The position numbers and the translations under genes were made by a program. From Lama glama (lineage: Eukaryota), in NCBI GenBank assembly GCA_028534125.1, contig CM052816.1, positions 2,296,001 to 2,360,000 on the forward strand: DNA of 64,000 bases, in the 5' to 3' direction. Below are positions 25,289 through 38,560 of the stretch, in pieces. The notes beneath the pieces are model-generated. The model was not told the DNA's origin and made no database searches. It saw nothing but the letters and a program-made list of their open reading frames with translations. Positions within the stretch are counted from its first letter, which is position 1. The number at the start of each line of letters is the position of its first letter.

Positions 25289-28255
25289 GAGTGTTTGTTT
25301 CAAATGATTACCAGCATTCCTTCCAGCAGTCAACTCTGTAATTCTTTGAGTGATTAGTAAATATGCCTCTGCTTTCGACTGAAAGACGTTAGATCAAATG
25401 TTTCGCTTCTGTAAGCCATCGATACCACGTGTCAGTGCTCGAGACTGTTCCCAGACAAACATCCACAGCCGGGAAAACATCAACAAACCCATCCTCTAAC
25501 GGCAATTCCAATCCTACTTCATTTGTGAAGGACAGTTATTTCGAGAACGAATCTCTGCTTTCGTTAGGGTGATTGATTAAAATTGAAAATGAAATTGTAA
25601 ATGAAAATTTGTTTCAATTTCCTGAGCTGAATACTTTATGCCAACACTCCACTCTCTTAAGCAGTTTCTTTGCAGTCACATCTAATCAATTTATAAAGCC
25701 CGGGAATTTTGTTCCTTAGGGTAGCGACTCATAGGTAATAAGTTCTTGTACTTAAAAAGGTGTCTCTGTTGCCTCTTTACTGATACCTTCCTAGCTTTAA
25801 AATGTATTTCCCCTGAGAAAAGGGAGGGCAGGTGTGAAATATTTTCTAACTGGCTGAAAGTTCTCCTAAGTATCACTGCGAATTATGGTTCCTTTCCATT
25901 CCAAGTAACTCTTAAAAATAGAAGCACGCCACTTATTTGGAATACAACCACATGGCGACTTCCACCATCAAAAATACAGCCAAGGTCCAGACAGTAAATG
26001 AAAAATGGATATAGCGTGTGGATAGAGGGAAAAACACACACACACAGTCTTTAGGTCTGAAAAGTTTGAGTTGGTTACTACCTTTAAAAAGTTTGCACAT
26101 GAACAGTTTCTTCTTTATGATTAGATAGGAAGTGTTTGTCCCTGTCATTCTTTGAGCTGTATCAGGGTCACATTTTGCTCTTATTTGCTCTAATGAGGGT
26201 GATTTTTGTACAAGCAATTTAACAATTTATGATTCTGTTTTCACATCTGAAAAAAAAGGGACAAGAATATGTAAGATCGTTCTGACCACATTAGTGTTTG
26301 TAAGTAAAACCCTCAGTGGTGCAGTAGATTACCTCGTGGGTACTCAACAAGTGTTGATCCCAACATTTTAAAAATGCTCTCCGAACAGCTGAGATTAAAC
26401 ATGCGCTTGATTTTGGAAGATCGTTTTTGCTGCCCTCCTGACCCTCTTTCCTTCTCCTGTTCTCTATACGATAGAGTAAATGTGATTTCCCGATTTCAGT
26501 GCTGACAGATTAGAACAGCAGTATAGAAGGTGCAAAGGACACCAGGAGGAGGAAAGACAGAGACTGAATAAAATAGAAATAATTGAAAACTCACAGGCAC
26601 CCCAGGGCCACTGGGTACAGGGGCAGTCAGCCTCTTACACCTCAGGAGTCACTTAGGGCTTTCTAAGATTCCAGCAAGCTAAAAAGAAAGGGTGTTCCGA
26701 ATGACAATCTTGATTTATCAAAGCTAAATTAAATTATATAGACTTTGCTTATTTTAGAAAACATACAATGCGTTTTGGAAGAATTTCATTATGAAAAGGT
26801 CAGAATCTTAAATAAATATTTTTTTGTGTGCTTTTATGGGTAAACCCTTAGCTCTCCAAAAACACTCAGCCATGGAGAACTCAGTCTCCAGGCGCTCCAT
26901 GTAAGCACGGTGTTACTGAAGTCTCTTTTGTGTATTTCCGGCAAATAAACTACAGGTCCACACATTGGATGGACGAGGTTAGGCTTGTACAGTTACTAAG
27001 TTAAAATGACTTTTATGCAGATGACTTTTTCTTTATGTTTCAAGGGAGAGCATTTGACAAACATTCCTTGTGGATTTTAGCAATAGCAACTTCCTCTCAT
27101 TCTGTCCACCAGGACTCTGTGCTCGGACAGTTCACCCAGGCAGGACCCATGGCTGGCATTGTCGGGGTTGCCTTGACTCTCACGGTGTCCCCTGTAATTC
27201 TCCAGGCAAAACATTTGAATTGGGCCTGGTTTGCATATTGAAGCAAAAGCCCTTTCTAAGTTATGAGAACAGCAGAAGCTTAAGTTAGCACAAACTCAAG
27301 TGGTCACACGTTACATACTGACTCGGTACCACAATATTGAGCTAAAGGAGTTGGAACGGAGTCAGGAGTGGGCACTGCACACACACCATCAAGACAGCAC
27401 GCAGAGTCCAGCACTGTCAGAGGGCAACCAGTCAAATACCAGGGCTGGCGTTTTCAAAGAACCAGATAATGCCAGCTTTATGGCCATTAATAACATTTTA
27501 GTTCTATAAACAAAGATAAGAGTGCTAAAAAATAAATTCTGCTTTGCAGTGTACTCTGATTGCCAACAGGGTTCAGAAATGAACTTTCTCACTGTGCACG
27601 TGGCGTTGCATAACAGACCGCTGATCACCCTCTGGCCCCCTCCCCAACCTTCCTTTTCCCTTTTATGGACAGTCCTTAGCTCTGCCAGAGCCGTCAGCTA
27701 CCCCAGGAAGGCAAATTCTTGAGTTTCCCCTTTAAAGCTCTTTGATTGTGCCTCTGGTAGTTAACGCACCAAATGGTCTTCAGGGGCATTGCATACGCGT
27801 GCTCTGCAGCTAATCAGGGCGCCTCAGCCCACTGACTTCCTACCTCTGCGCTTTGCACGTGTTTAAGGGCTCAGCTCAGACACCAGGCCCATCGGCTTCT
27901 GGAGAGGCATGACAGAGCTCAGCTCTGATTTGGGTGTCTGCTTCAAACAGAGATTTTTCCAAAGGATTTCCTGTAGTAGATAAATCATTTCATTAGGCCA
28001 GGTTCACTTTTCAAACCAGGAAGCGGAGCGCCTGCCGTGTGGAAAAACTCAGATAAAGTTGTTATGGCTGTGTTCAGAGCACTTGTAAATACTGTTGTCA
28101 GTGTCTCTTATACAGGTTTCATCACAACTGTATTTAAACAGTGACAGGTTAATTACGTGCTTTAAAGCTATGTTTATTGATGATAGGAGAGCTGTGAAAT
28201 GAGGCCTTTCCATACTGTAGTGACAAAGTCTTTTTCCCCCCAATGTCTTTCCTAG

Positions 28256-28393
<138 letters not shown>

Positions 28394-28974
28394 TGAGGAT
28401 GGTGGGGACAGCGGCCTTGGCCTTGTGGGTCTTCCCTCCCATCTCGTATACGGTGTGCACTTATTCTAAAATCTGGTTGTTGTTAAGATCCACTTCCTCT
28501 CTCCCTTTCACCCTGTGTGTGACAAAACGAGTTGCTACTATTATTATTGTTGTTACTTGAGGACTCATCTGGGTGTGTCCACGCTGAATGACAGGTCAGT
28601 CTCAGTCGTTGGTTGGCTCCCCAGAGCAGCAGCCTGAGAGATGAGAAGGGTGTGCTGGGCAAGCCGGAGTCTCTCTGGATGTTAAGCCGTCTGTGCTGGG
28701 GTTGGTTTGCTTCATGGAGCAGGGATGTGATCTAATGCACAGCACAACTCCCTTCTAGCCTGGACATAGCACTTGTATTAAAGACAATTGGTAATTTTCA
28801 TATCTAATTCTGGGTTGGTGCTGTCCTCGCCTGGAAGCTGCGTTTGGCTCCCCTCCCCTGCCCCCTGCCACCCAAAACTGCCTCAGCACACGGAGCTGCC
28901 TTGCAGTAAGAAGCCAGGGTTATGGGGTGAGTGTGAATTTCCTCCCGTCAGATGGAGGGAACCAGGCAGGCTCT

Positions 28975-29160
28975 CTGTGGAAATACATCAAGTGCCCTTC
29001 AAGAGATACTCAGATTGTTGTGTGCAAACCATACACTCAGAGATCTTTTTTTTACAACTCAGATTCTGATTCAGTAGCGCTGGGTGGGACCCGAGATTGC
29101 ATTTCTGACAGGCTCCAAGGTGAGGCTGATGATCCCGGGGACCACCCTGGGAGTGGTGTG
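28975..29160. mobile_element. MER5-type hAT MITE
   Basis: cagattctgattcagtagcgctgggtgggacccgagattgcatttctgacaggctccaaggtgaggctgatg...ggaccaccctgggag. Confidence 0.8.
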
Positions 29161-32100
29161 GCATTCTAGGTCCCCTGCTCAGTAGCACTCAGCGGTGGGT
29201 AGCTGTCTCCAGAAACTGGTCCCATGTCTCCTTCTTCATGTCATAAAGGACCACGAGGCCAGATTAAGTGCATGGTGTATGTTGCTTTCACACCAAGAGA
29301 TTCCAGGGCGTGAAGGGGTAACTCTGTTAACACATCCTCATCATAGCCATGCAATTAAATGGACTGATTTTATTTTGCTGTCACATTTCACCTCAAAGCA
29401 TCTTCCCTTTTGTCCTTTAATACTAGGGACAAAAGCAACCATGCTTCTTAGTGACTCCCTTTCTCTCTCCCGCCTCCTCTCTCGAAATTATAAAAAAAAA
29501 AAAAACAATTAATGCATCCTGACCCTTGGAAATGCCTCCCAGCCCTTTAAACAAAATGCAGGTTTTGGTGCCTGCCTGACGATTAGTTTTAGTTAATTGA
29601 AAATTATAGGATTGACCCAAGAGGAAAATTTTGTTTGCACTCCAATCACTTTTACAAATTAAGGAAAATTACCACAATTTTGTTTAGCTAAGGTTTCACA
29701 CTGAGTTCAAGAAATTAGCTCAGCCATCCCAACCAAGTCAGCACTTTGTCTGTGAGCACTTGAAAAAATAATAGTCTATCTGGAGTTTTGTGGTGTATAC
29801 AAACGAAGCTTCCAGAAAGCTATGATTCTTTATAGAAGTAGGCCAAGTGGTTTTAATTAGGCTCATTGGTTCAGCGTAAGTTTTGAAGAACAATGTAACT
29901 AGCAGATTAGCTGTTTCTTTTAAAGCTAGGATTTCTTGCCATTCATTTTTCCCATGAGAACTTCCACATAGCGCAATTTTTTTTTTTTACAAGCCTCATT
30001 ATGGGCCTGCAGGAAAAGGACCAATTGAAACTTTTGATACTGTAACATTCCCCACCATCATTCCAATGGATGGGAGTTTTCACAATGTTCTTCACTGAAC
30101 TTGGTGTTCTGGAACATATTACAAAACCGCAGAGGCCAAATGTTTTCTCTGAGGAGTTTGGACTCGACTCTGTTTTTGGCCGAAAACGTTTAGGCCTCGC
30201 TGGCTGCTTATTTACTCTGCCATTAAGAACAAGAAAAGGAGAAGAAAAAGAAGAAGAAAGTGCGCCTGTGGTGGGCGGAACCAGAGGCAGTCAGGCATGA
30301 TTCCGCTTTGGTGACAACGTCCCTCCCATTAATGGTTCCATTTTGTGGTCAGGTCTCATTTAGAAGAAATTATTTTTAATCAGTGTTCAACAAAATATCC
30401 CCTTGAGCCACCTGGCCATAAAAGTTTAAAAAAAAAATCATCCCCATTAAAATTACTTAAGTTCTCAACAATAAATAGCTGGGGGAACCCGTCATTATTG
30501 AGAATGGTTTTTAACTATTAAAAAAATTGCCATCAATTTAAAAAATCACATCTTGGAAAACCTGTATCAGACAGGAATTAAGATGAAAGATGAAAGCGGC
30601 CGATTTGTGAGTCTAGCAAAGGACCAGAGGATGAGAGAGAAAAATCCTGGGTGTGCGTGCACGTGTGTGGGTATGTGGGAAATTTAACGCAGGAAAAGAT
30701 GCTTCTGCTGACCTTGCCTCCAACTGTGGGCAACAGACAAGAAGATGTAGTTTTCTTAAGCATTCTAGGGGAGAGTCTCACCTCTCCCTGTGTTGAAAAA
30801 ATAAACTTTTGGAGAAATTGGTACACAAACCTCCCCATTGATTTAGGAGGCTGTTTATAGCCACTGTGACATTACATCATTTCTGACAAAAGGGAATCTC
30901 TCTTAATCGGTGAACTACACGTGGGCCGGTTGTTCGTTATCATTAATGCCCCTAGCAAGGGTCAAGTGTTCGTGGCTCGCCTCTGTGGATCGCTCAGTTT
31001 ACCTCTCTGCCTGTCACCCCCTTTCTAGCGAAGGCACAGAGGTGGGTCCTGGAACCTCTCGGTCTGTACATCCGAGCAATCGCTCAGGTCATTGTAAACA
31101 TGCAGTCCTCTTCCGTCCGCTTGCAGAAGCTCACGTTTCATTTTCTTTAATACACACAGCGTTTCAAGATGTGAGGCTTGGTTTTCTGCAGGGGGTGAGC
31201 CAACTCTTGTTTCATAGTGGAATATCACTTGGAATATTTCCCTTTAAAGAAAGAAAATGTCCTACGACTGAAAAGCACTGTTGTTGTTTTCTGAGCGTGT
31301 GTGAGAGAGTTTGGGTGTGTGTACGTGGCAGTCTCTAAAAACCTATAATCGATGAAAAAAAAAAAAACCCACACAGCTGAGCCAGAAACAGCCTGGCTTA
31401 ATCTATGCAAATAAAGGCAGACTTTGCGGGGAGGGAGGAAAGAATTTGGCTAAACACAGATTGCCTGCAAGCTGGCTCCACTTGTCGGAACGTGGGCAGG
31501 CTCTCCATCTTTGGTGCTTCAGACCAGGGACACGTGAGGAATTCTTAGCTGCCAGCTGTGCGCTTCGCCCGTGTCTGCCCAGTGAATCCCAGCTTGATCG
31601 GGACAGACAGGCTCAGTAGCGCTCCCCAGATCTGAGTTATCCTGGCCAGGTCTTCTTAAGTAAATGCAGGGCAAGGCTGACTTTACATTTTGATTAACGT
31701 TTTCTCACAGAAGGAAACAAAAACTCTTCCTCACGACAGGGCTGTTTTCCAAGCCCTCAGTCCAGTGGGAAGTCAATCCCCACGCGCCTCCGCTGCCGTG
31801 GACCTCGGTGGTCCTCTTAGCTTGCTTTCCTGCTGTTGTTACATCTTTCAGTAACCTTGGGAGCTGATCAGAAGACTCTCAGAAGCCTTTAGCTGCTTCT
31901 TCAAGGTTCTTAGAATTGGTTTTTCCCCGATAAGAGGTAGCGAATCCAGATGTACTTTTTAACTTTTATTCCAGTTATTTCTCCGTCGGAGGGATACTGT
32001 CTTTGGGGAAAACAAGACGGGGAAATGGGCCACCAGGACATTGGACCAGGTCAGGTGTGCACTGGAGTCCTATACTGCCTGCTCCCCCAAAGCTGGTGGA

Positions 32101-32394
32101 AGCCCCCGGGAACGATCATCAGGTCCGTCAGGCTGAGGACATTTCTACTGCTCGGTTCTCCTATTCTGAACATTTTCCACAAACTTCCTGTCCCTGTGGA
32201 AGGACTGAACATAATCCTTGGATGTTAGACTTAGAATTAACTTTGAAATAAAAATTCTCCCCTGTTTGTACCCCATGCCCACAATGACTTTGCATGTAGG
32301 AGGAACCATGCTGGCTGGATATTTTCTGTGAAACTTGATGACATGTAGCATGTCTTTCAAGTTTTCTTATTTTCCTCCCCATTTCTCTTGTGTT

Positions 32395-32475
32395 CACCCT
32401 CTGTCCCCCTCTCCCTTCTTCCTTCTTCCTTCCTCCCTCTTTTCTTTCCTTCCCCCCAGCCTTTCCTCCCTCACT
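32395..32475. repeat. CT-rich (polypyrimidine) low-complexity tract
   Basis: cccctctcccttcttccttcttccttcctccctctttt... Confidence 0.8.
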
Positions 32476-32484
32476 TCCAAGGAG

Positions 32485-32730
32485 ACAATGGAGCATAGTT
32501 GTTGAATCCTTGGATTCAAGAGATGATGGGTGTAATTTAAACTCTCATCTCTACCACTTATCAGAGAGGTTGTCTTGAGGGCATTGGATGATGGCTGTGA
32601 ACCACAGTCACCTCATCTTTACAAGGGACTAATAACTTGCTGGGTTGTTCTGAGTACAAATGTCTGGAAAGCACGTAGGGTGAGCTAGCGTGAGCACTTA
32701 GCCATATGTCGGCAGTTTCCATTAATAACG
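32485..32730 (+). mobile_element. MIR SINE
   Basis: caatggagcatagttgttga...cagtcacctcatctttacaaggg...aaagcacgtag. Confidence 0.65.
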
Positions 32731-34214
32731 GATGACCATTATTTTTCATTCATTCACTTGTTGCTGAGTCCCTACCGTGGTGTAAATATTTCACGTGTAT
32801 CGTCTCCATCATCTTCCTAGAGGTCTAAGGGATGTCTTTTAGGAATTTTAGAAACAAAACTATAGTGATCAGTAAATTAAACAAGCAACGCCAATCAACC
32901 ACACATACAAAAAAGTACAGTATAAATAAAGCAGCAGGAAAAAGAGATTTATAAATGTGAAGATAACAGTTTCGATAAAACAAATAGCTTTCTCAGAAAT
33001 AGCCTCAAATAATAAATATTTTAAGAAGGCAGCCCTGATTTATAAAGTCCTCAGCTGCTGATTTTTCAGGAACAAGAATGCCTGTTTTCTTATTGCCATC
33101 CCAAATTCCGAGCCCTCCTCTGGAGGCCGTAGGAACAGGGGTACAGTCTGTCGCCAGCCCCCTTCAAAGGTGTTTAGGTTATAACCAGCTTCGACTTCAG
33201 GTTTAAGAGGTTTCAGGCCAGAAAGCTCTGTTTTTAGTTCTTGGAAACCTCGCGCACAAATGAAGGCTGCCACCTCGGGGATAAACAAAGTCGTAAGTTT
33301 CAGGGGAGAAGTGGAGAGTTTGCACCTAATGAATCTGTTTTTAGCCTCTTCTTACATGGATCCATTGCCAGGTGAAGCTTCCGAAAAGCCACTTTCCTAA
33401 TGTTGCCCTACAGAGAAGTAAGTCTTCCCTGTTTGCTCCCCTGTGTGTGTGAGGTGGAGCCCACGCCCCCGGGCCTGGCCTTCACAGCCCCCATGCTTCC
33501 TCGACTCTTCTCAAACCTGTCGCCTCGCCGTGCCTCGGCCTCGCTTCATATTTAGCAATGGCGGACGTGGCGAGTCCCCTCTCAGATCCAGTTCAAACAC
33601 TCGTTCCCCTCTGAAGGGTTCTCACGCCGCTTGCAAGCGGCCAGAGCGCTGGCCCGAGCTCGGGAGGTCTGTGTTGTGGCCCCAGCCCTGCTGCCCGCTG
33701 GCTGTGGGACGGAGGACAAGTTGCTGATGTGGTCCAGGCTCTGGTGTCTTCATCCCAAAATGAGGCAGTTGGACCAGGTGACTTTGACGTTCCCTGGGAC
33801 TCATCTTGATGAACTGGAAGTCTCTGTCCTTGGATCTCTTTTGTTGCGTGAGCTTAGGTTGCCCATCCATCGTTCACCTCCTCGTGCCCTCAGCTCTCTT
33901 CTTCTGTTCTTAGTGGACACATTTCAGAAAGCCCACAGACTCCTGAGGGAAGAGCTACCCTGCCCTGATCTTACACCGTTCTGCCCGCTGAGTGGAAGCA
34001 CCTTGACATTTTGCCGTAGGTGTTCCCTAATAACTGATTGACACATTGCCCGGGATCAATGGGTCCTCATTGATTTTTGTGCTCTGGATGGCGTGGAATG
34101 TAAATAAGAGCTGTTAATTAAGAATCTATCCCTTTTAACTTGAACTTATATGCAGAGAACGCAGTAGTTGGGGCTTCTGTTGAAAAAAAATGGGATTGGA
34201 TCTGTCTTATAAAT

Positions 34215-34345
34215 ACTCTTCACTGTTTTCATCCATGAAATGAGGCTATTTTAATAGTACCAGTATCTAAGAGGTAAATTAGTCAGTGTGTGTAATGGAC
34301 TCCTGACAATGCCTGGTACAGCATGGCTGCTCACTAAAAGTAGCC
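34215..34345 (+). mobile_element. MIR fragment
   Basis: ttttcatccatgaaatgagg...taatagtacc...acaatgcctggtacagcatggctgctcactaaa. Confidence 0.6.
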
Positions 34346-34534
34346 TCAGAAAGAGAGACACAGACAGCCGGCATGCTTCTCTTCAAAATCCAAAGAATCG
34401 GTTGTTAGAGCACATTTTGGTTGGTATTATATATGTGCCAGCTTTCATCTGATTAAAGAAATTATTTCTTTCTAGGCATTAGAGGTGGAGGCAAAAGAGT
34501 CAAGTTCTAATTCTGACTTTATGATTTTCTTTGT

Positions 34535-35410
34535 TACTTCATCCACTCATCTCACAGATGTTTGTGGATTGCCTGTTCTGTTCTAGGCAATGTTCTAAAA
34601 CAGCCGAGTCAGTGTTCTAAAACAGTGTTGAGCAAAACCAGACACGGTCCCTGTTCTCATTGATGCTGTCGTCTAAGAGGGAACATGGATATTCATACGT
34701 TTACAAATTCCAAACCCCCTAAGTGCCCAGAAAAACAGGAACAGAGTTTCAGACAAGAATATAAGAGGAACCCCAGCTGGTCAGTAAGAGATTATTGTCT
34801 CTCAGATGAAGTTGCAAGAGCTGTGATTCGGAGGGTGATTAAGAGTTAAACTGGCAGTTCATGAAGAATGGGGGTAGGGTGGGGTTGGGGAAAGAAAATG
34901 AGTGTTCCAGCAGCAAGACGCATGTAAGAAGGCTCTGAATGGGAGGAAACGTGGCATCTTGGAAGGCTATAAAAATTCCAGTGAGGCTGAGAAATCAAGG
35001 GAGCAGAATGGTGAGAGAGAAGGCTGGAGAAGTGGGCAGAGACGAGCCTGCACAAAGCCTTGTAGCCACGGGGAGGGAGCTGAGTTGTCCTCTTAGGAGC
35101 AACGGGCGGTCGTTAAAGTGGACAGGTGGACATAACCAGATTTTCATTTCAGGGGAAAAAACAAAAACAGAAACAAAAAAACTCTGGCTGGATGGAGCTT
35201 AGGAAACCAGGACAGATGTTGGAAGGGAAAGAGATGCAGTGACTTTAATCTGGCTGCTAACGGGCAGAGAGAGAATGAAGTGAGGGGATTCAAGGGGTGT
35301 TTAAGAGGAAAAGTGGACAGGAGCTGGAGACAGGTTGGACGTGAGGGTACAGGGGATGGGGGCTCAGGCTACCAGAGTTTTGGCTTCCCCCCACTTAATA
35401 GACGGTAGGA
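34535..35410 (-). mobile_element. L2 LINE fragment, about 0.9 kb
   Basis: ttcatccactcatctcacagatgtttgtggattgcct...aaaccagacacggtccctgttctcat...tgttccagcagca...aggccttgtagcc-like segments. Confidence 0.75.
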
Positions 35411-37939
35411 CCACTCCTCCTCTGGGCATCCCCGAGGGTCTTGTGAGCATCAGTGAAAGAATGGGCTTGAAAATATTTCGTAAAGAGTGATATTAATTGT
35501 TATAAAGACGGGACTGAGCAAACCCAGGAAGAATCGGGGAAAGGAAGGCAAGAAAGTGTTTTCTTTTACATCAGATTGTTCTCACTCAGGATTCAGCAGA
35601 AGGGGGGCTGTGTGATGAGCACTTGACTCGCAGTTTCGCCTTAGCAGTGTCCTAATTGGAAAAGACCCAAGAAGAAAGAAAAATTAACAGGCTGCTCCTG
35701 TCCACATGTCTTGACTATTACTCCAAATGAGCCGCTTACACACAAAGAAAAGAATTTCAGGCAGCGGGAACGTCTTCTCTTTCTGCTTTTGTGATCCAAA
35801 GGCTGAGTCCCAAGCCTCTTCTCCTCCGCCAAAGGGAATTTTTTTTTTTTTCCACACACTGGGTCTGCACCTGATGTGATGCGTGCTGATGTGATGGGTG
35901 ACCTCGAGCCCACTGGCATTTCCTTTATAAAGTTAAACAGCATGCGTGGGGAACGGGGGACAACAGGCAACAGGAATCACGAAACATACCCATTGTATTT
36001 CTGTAACATCGATAAAATGAAAGCCGTTTCTGCAGAGAAGAAAGCTGGTCTGAAGGACGCGTGTTATTTTGCATATTTTATGTGCATCCTTTCCAAGAAA
36101 TACGACCTTTATTTCCTATTTGGAGTGGAGAGTAATCAGGGCTTGAGTAGCAAGTGTAACTGGATCATTAAAAGGGGTATTTGCACTGACATTAGAGATC
36201 TAAGTGGCCACTAGGCCTTATATACAACCTTGGCTTTTTCCTGTCTACCCAGAGTTAATAAGTGATAAGGCCAGGAGAGAGATAAATCACAGAAATCCCT
36301 GTCCAAAGAAAACATATTGACTACAGCCAAGCAAATAACAGACCATAACCAACGGCCCCATTCATCATTCGCGTAATAGGGATATAAAGTGTTTCCTACC
36401 AATGAGACCATGTAGAAGGGAAAGGCAGATAAGCTTCTGCGATCTAAGGCATGTGATTTGGTTATTAAGGGACATGAACTATTTGTCACATGGCTTTAAT
36501 CTTTAAGATGTGTTGCCATTTCTAAACTATAAATTTCTAGTCAGGGATTAGAAAGCCATTAAGCGTAAAGGTAGGGCCTGAACTTCATATGCATTCTGGC
36601 CAGCGTAATACAATACTATAAAGTCTTGAGCCTCTAATCTATTTAGAATAATATAACATGATTTGGTTTTCAAAGCCAATAAACTATTTGGAGGTTTTCA
36701 AGGCTGTTGTTTTTTTGTTTTTTTTCACCCAGCATCGTGATACATTAACCCTTCAGGTTTTAAAACTCCGTACGTTGAAACTTTAATATTCTGAGCGGGG
36801 CGGGTGGGGAGGGAGAAGAAACTAAATTTCTTGCTGTTTCTCCTTTCCTAACATTTGTCCCCAGTGTTTGATGGGGGGTAATTCTGTTTAGTTTGTCCAT
36901 GTTTACAACGGTGTGGACCCTAGTCTTTCTGTTCTGAGTGATGTGGCGCCCACTGGACCATTCAAACTTGTTTCTCTTTCCTTATTGCAAAGTTGCCCAC
37001 GCTGATTTCAGACCATTTAGGAAGCACCATAGAAAGTAATTAAAATCATATTAAAATTGCCCACATTTCTACCACTTCTTTAAACACGAGCAGTACATGT
37101 GAGCTGTTGATGTTAAATAGCTTATATCTTGTCTTTTTCCTATTCCTATATCTGCCTCATTACCAGAACTGGATAATATTATGTAATACATAATATTATG
37201 TATTACGTAATATTAATTTATCTTTCACTTTATATATCATCAACATCAGGGCATTATGAATTTAAAACAGTTTTTAGCGTCTGATCATCATTTCACACCT
37301 CAGTGGAATCTCATCATTAGATCCTCATCTTCTTAAAGCATTGAATCCGGGTTCTTGTCTCTTTGTTCCTGAAAAACCTACAGCACAGAGTCATTAGCCT
37401 ACTGGTTGGGATTGGTCAACCACCCCAGGTGACTGCGTGTAGGTAGCTCTGAAGGCTTCAAGTCTCAGATGGCCTGAGTCTCAGGGATTGGGACCAGCTC
37501 CCCATACACCCACCCCCAGCTGTTGGTTCTCAACTTGAACCATCTCTTGTGGGGGGGGGAGCATTGAATTCTGCAAATTTCCCCCCACCCTTGTGAAGCT
37601 ACTGTACTTTCCATAACTGAAAATGAGACCTCATCTAACACAGCAAACACAGCTGAAACTTCAGTCCAACATTATAGCCATCGGAGGGTCAGCGTAGGCC
37701 CCTTCCCACACCATCTTCCCCAGGATAGCCATGCTCCCGCTGGAGCTTTGAACTTCTCCCTTCTCTCCTCTCTCTGCTGACTTTCCACCCTGTGGCTTCC
37801 AACAGGCTTTCTTGACTTTACCCTGTTGCTTCCCCCTGTTTCCCCCTGTTTTTCACCCTATCTTCTCTCTCCATCTTCTTCCTGTCAGTATGACTAGAGT
37901 TACTGGAAGGTGAAACATTCTTTCCCCTGAGAATCTTTG

Positions 37940-38055
37940 TAAGACGGGTTCTATTATTGGCCCATTTTAAAGATTAGAACACTTAGAAAGGGGAGGCACC
38001 TTACCCAGGGTGATGTAGTTAATAGATGGAGGAGCCAGGATTTGGATCCTGCATG
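37940..38055 (-). mobile_element. MIR fragment
   Basis: ctattattggcccattttaaagattagaacactt...cttacccagggt...ggagccaggatttggatcc. Confidence 0.65.
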
Positions 38056-38229
38056 AAGGGTCCCATGACCCGCATAGCAGTGAACCCCCCAGGTGTTACT
38101 CATTTTGGGAATTATGTGAGCCCCTCAAACTAGGTTGTTGGGGATGGAAGAGTATGAGCATTTCTAGGACAAGTGAGATCTGACAGGAACTGGGACCTTA
38201 CATATTTTGAACAGATCATCTTGTTGTGA

Positions 38230-38560
38230 ACATAATGCGTGCCCATATAGAAGAGAAAATTTAAAAGACACAAGAATATGAAGAGATCTGTGATCTAATC
38301 CCTCAACCACTGCTCATCTTTTTCAGTCTTTCTTTCAGTACGTTTTCTTTGTGAACTCTTAGATATTTTTATCAGGGTGAATCACAGTGTATGGATATAG
38401 TTTTGTATCCTGCTTTGTAATTTCGATTGTAAAATGAACATTTCCTCCGTCAGTTTGAATTCTTCCTGAATGCATTTTAGCGGGTATGTAATAGTCCACA
38501 TTGTGGCTGCATCACAGTGTAGCTGATCATCCCCTACCATTGGACAGCCACGCCTTTCCT
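38230..38560 (-). mobile_element. Ancient L1ME-like 3' fragment
   Basis: atcacagtgtatggatatagttttgtatcctgcttt...gtatgtaatagtccacattgtggctgcatcacagtgtagctgatcatcccctaccattggaca. Confidence 0.6.
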
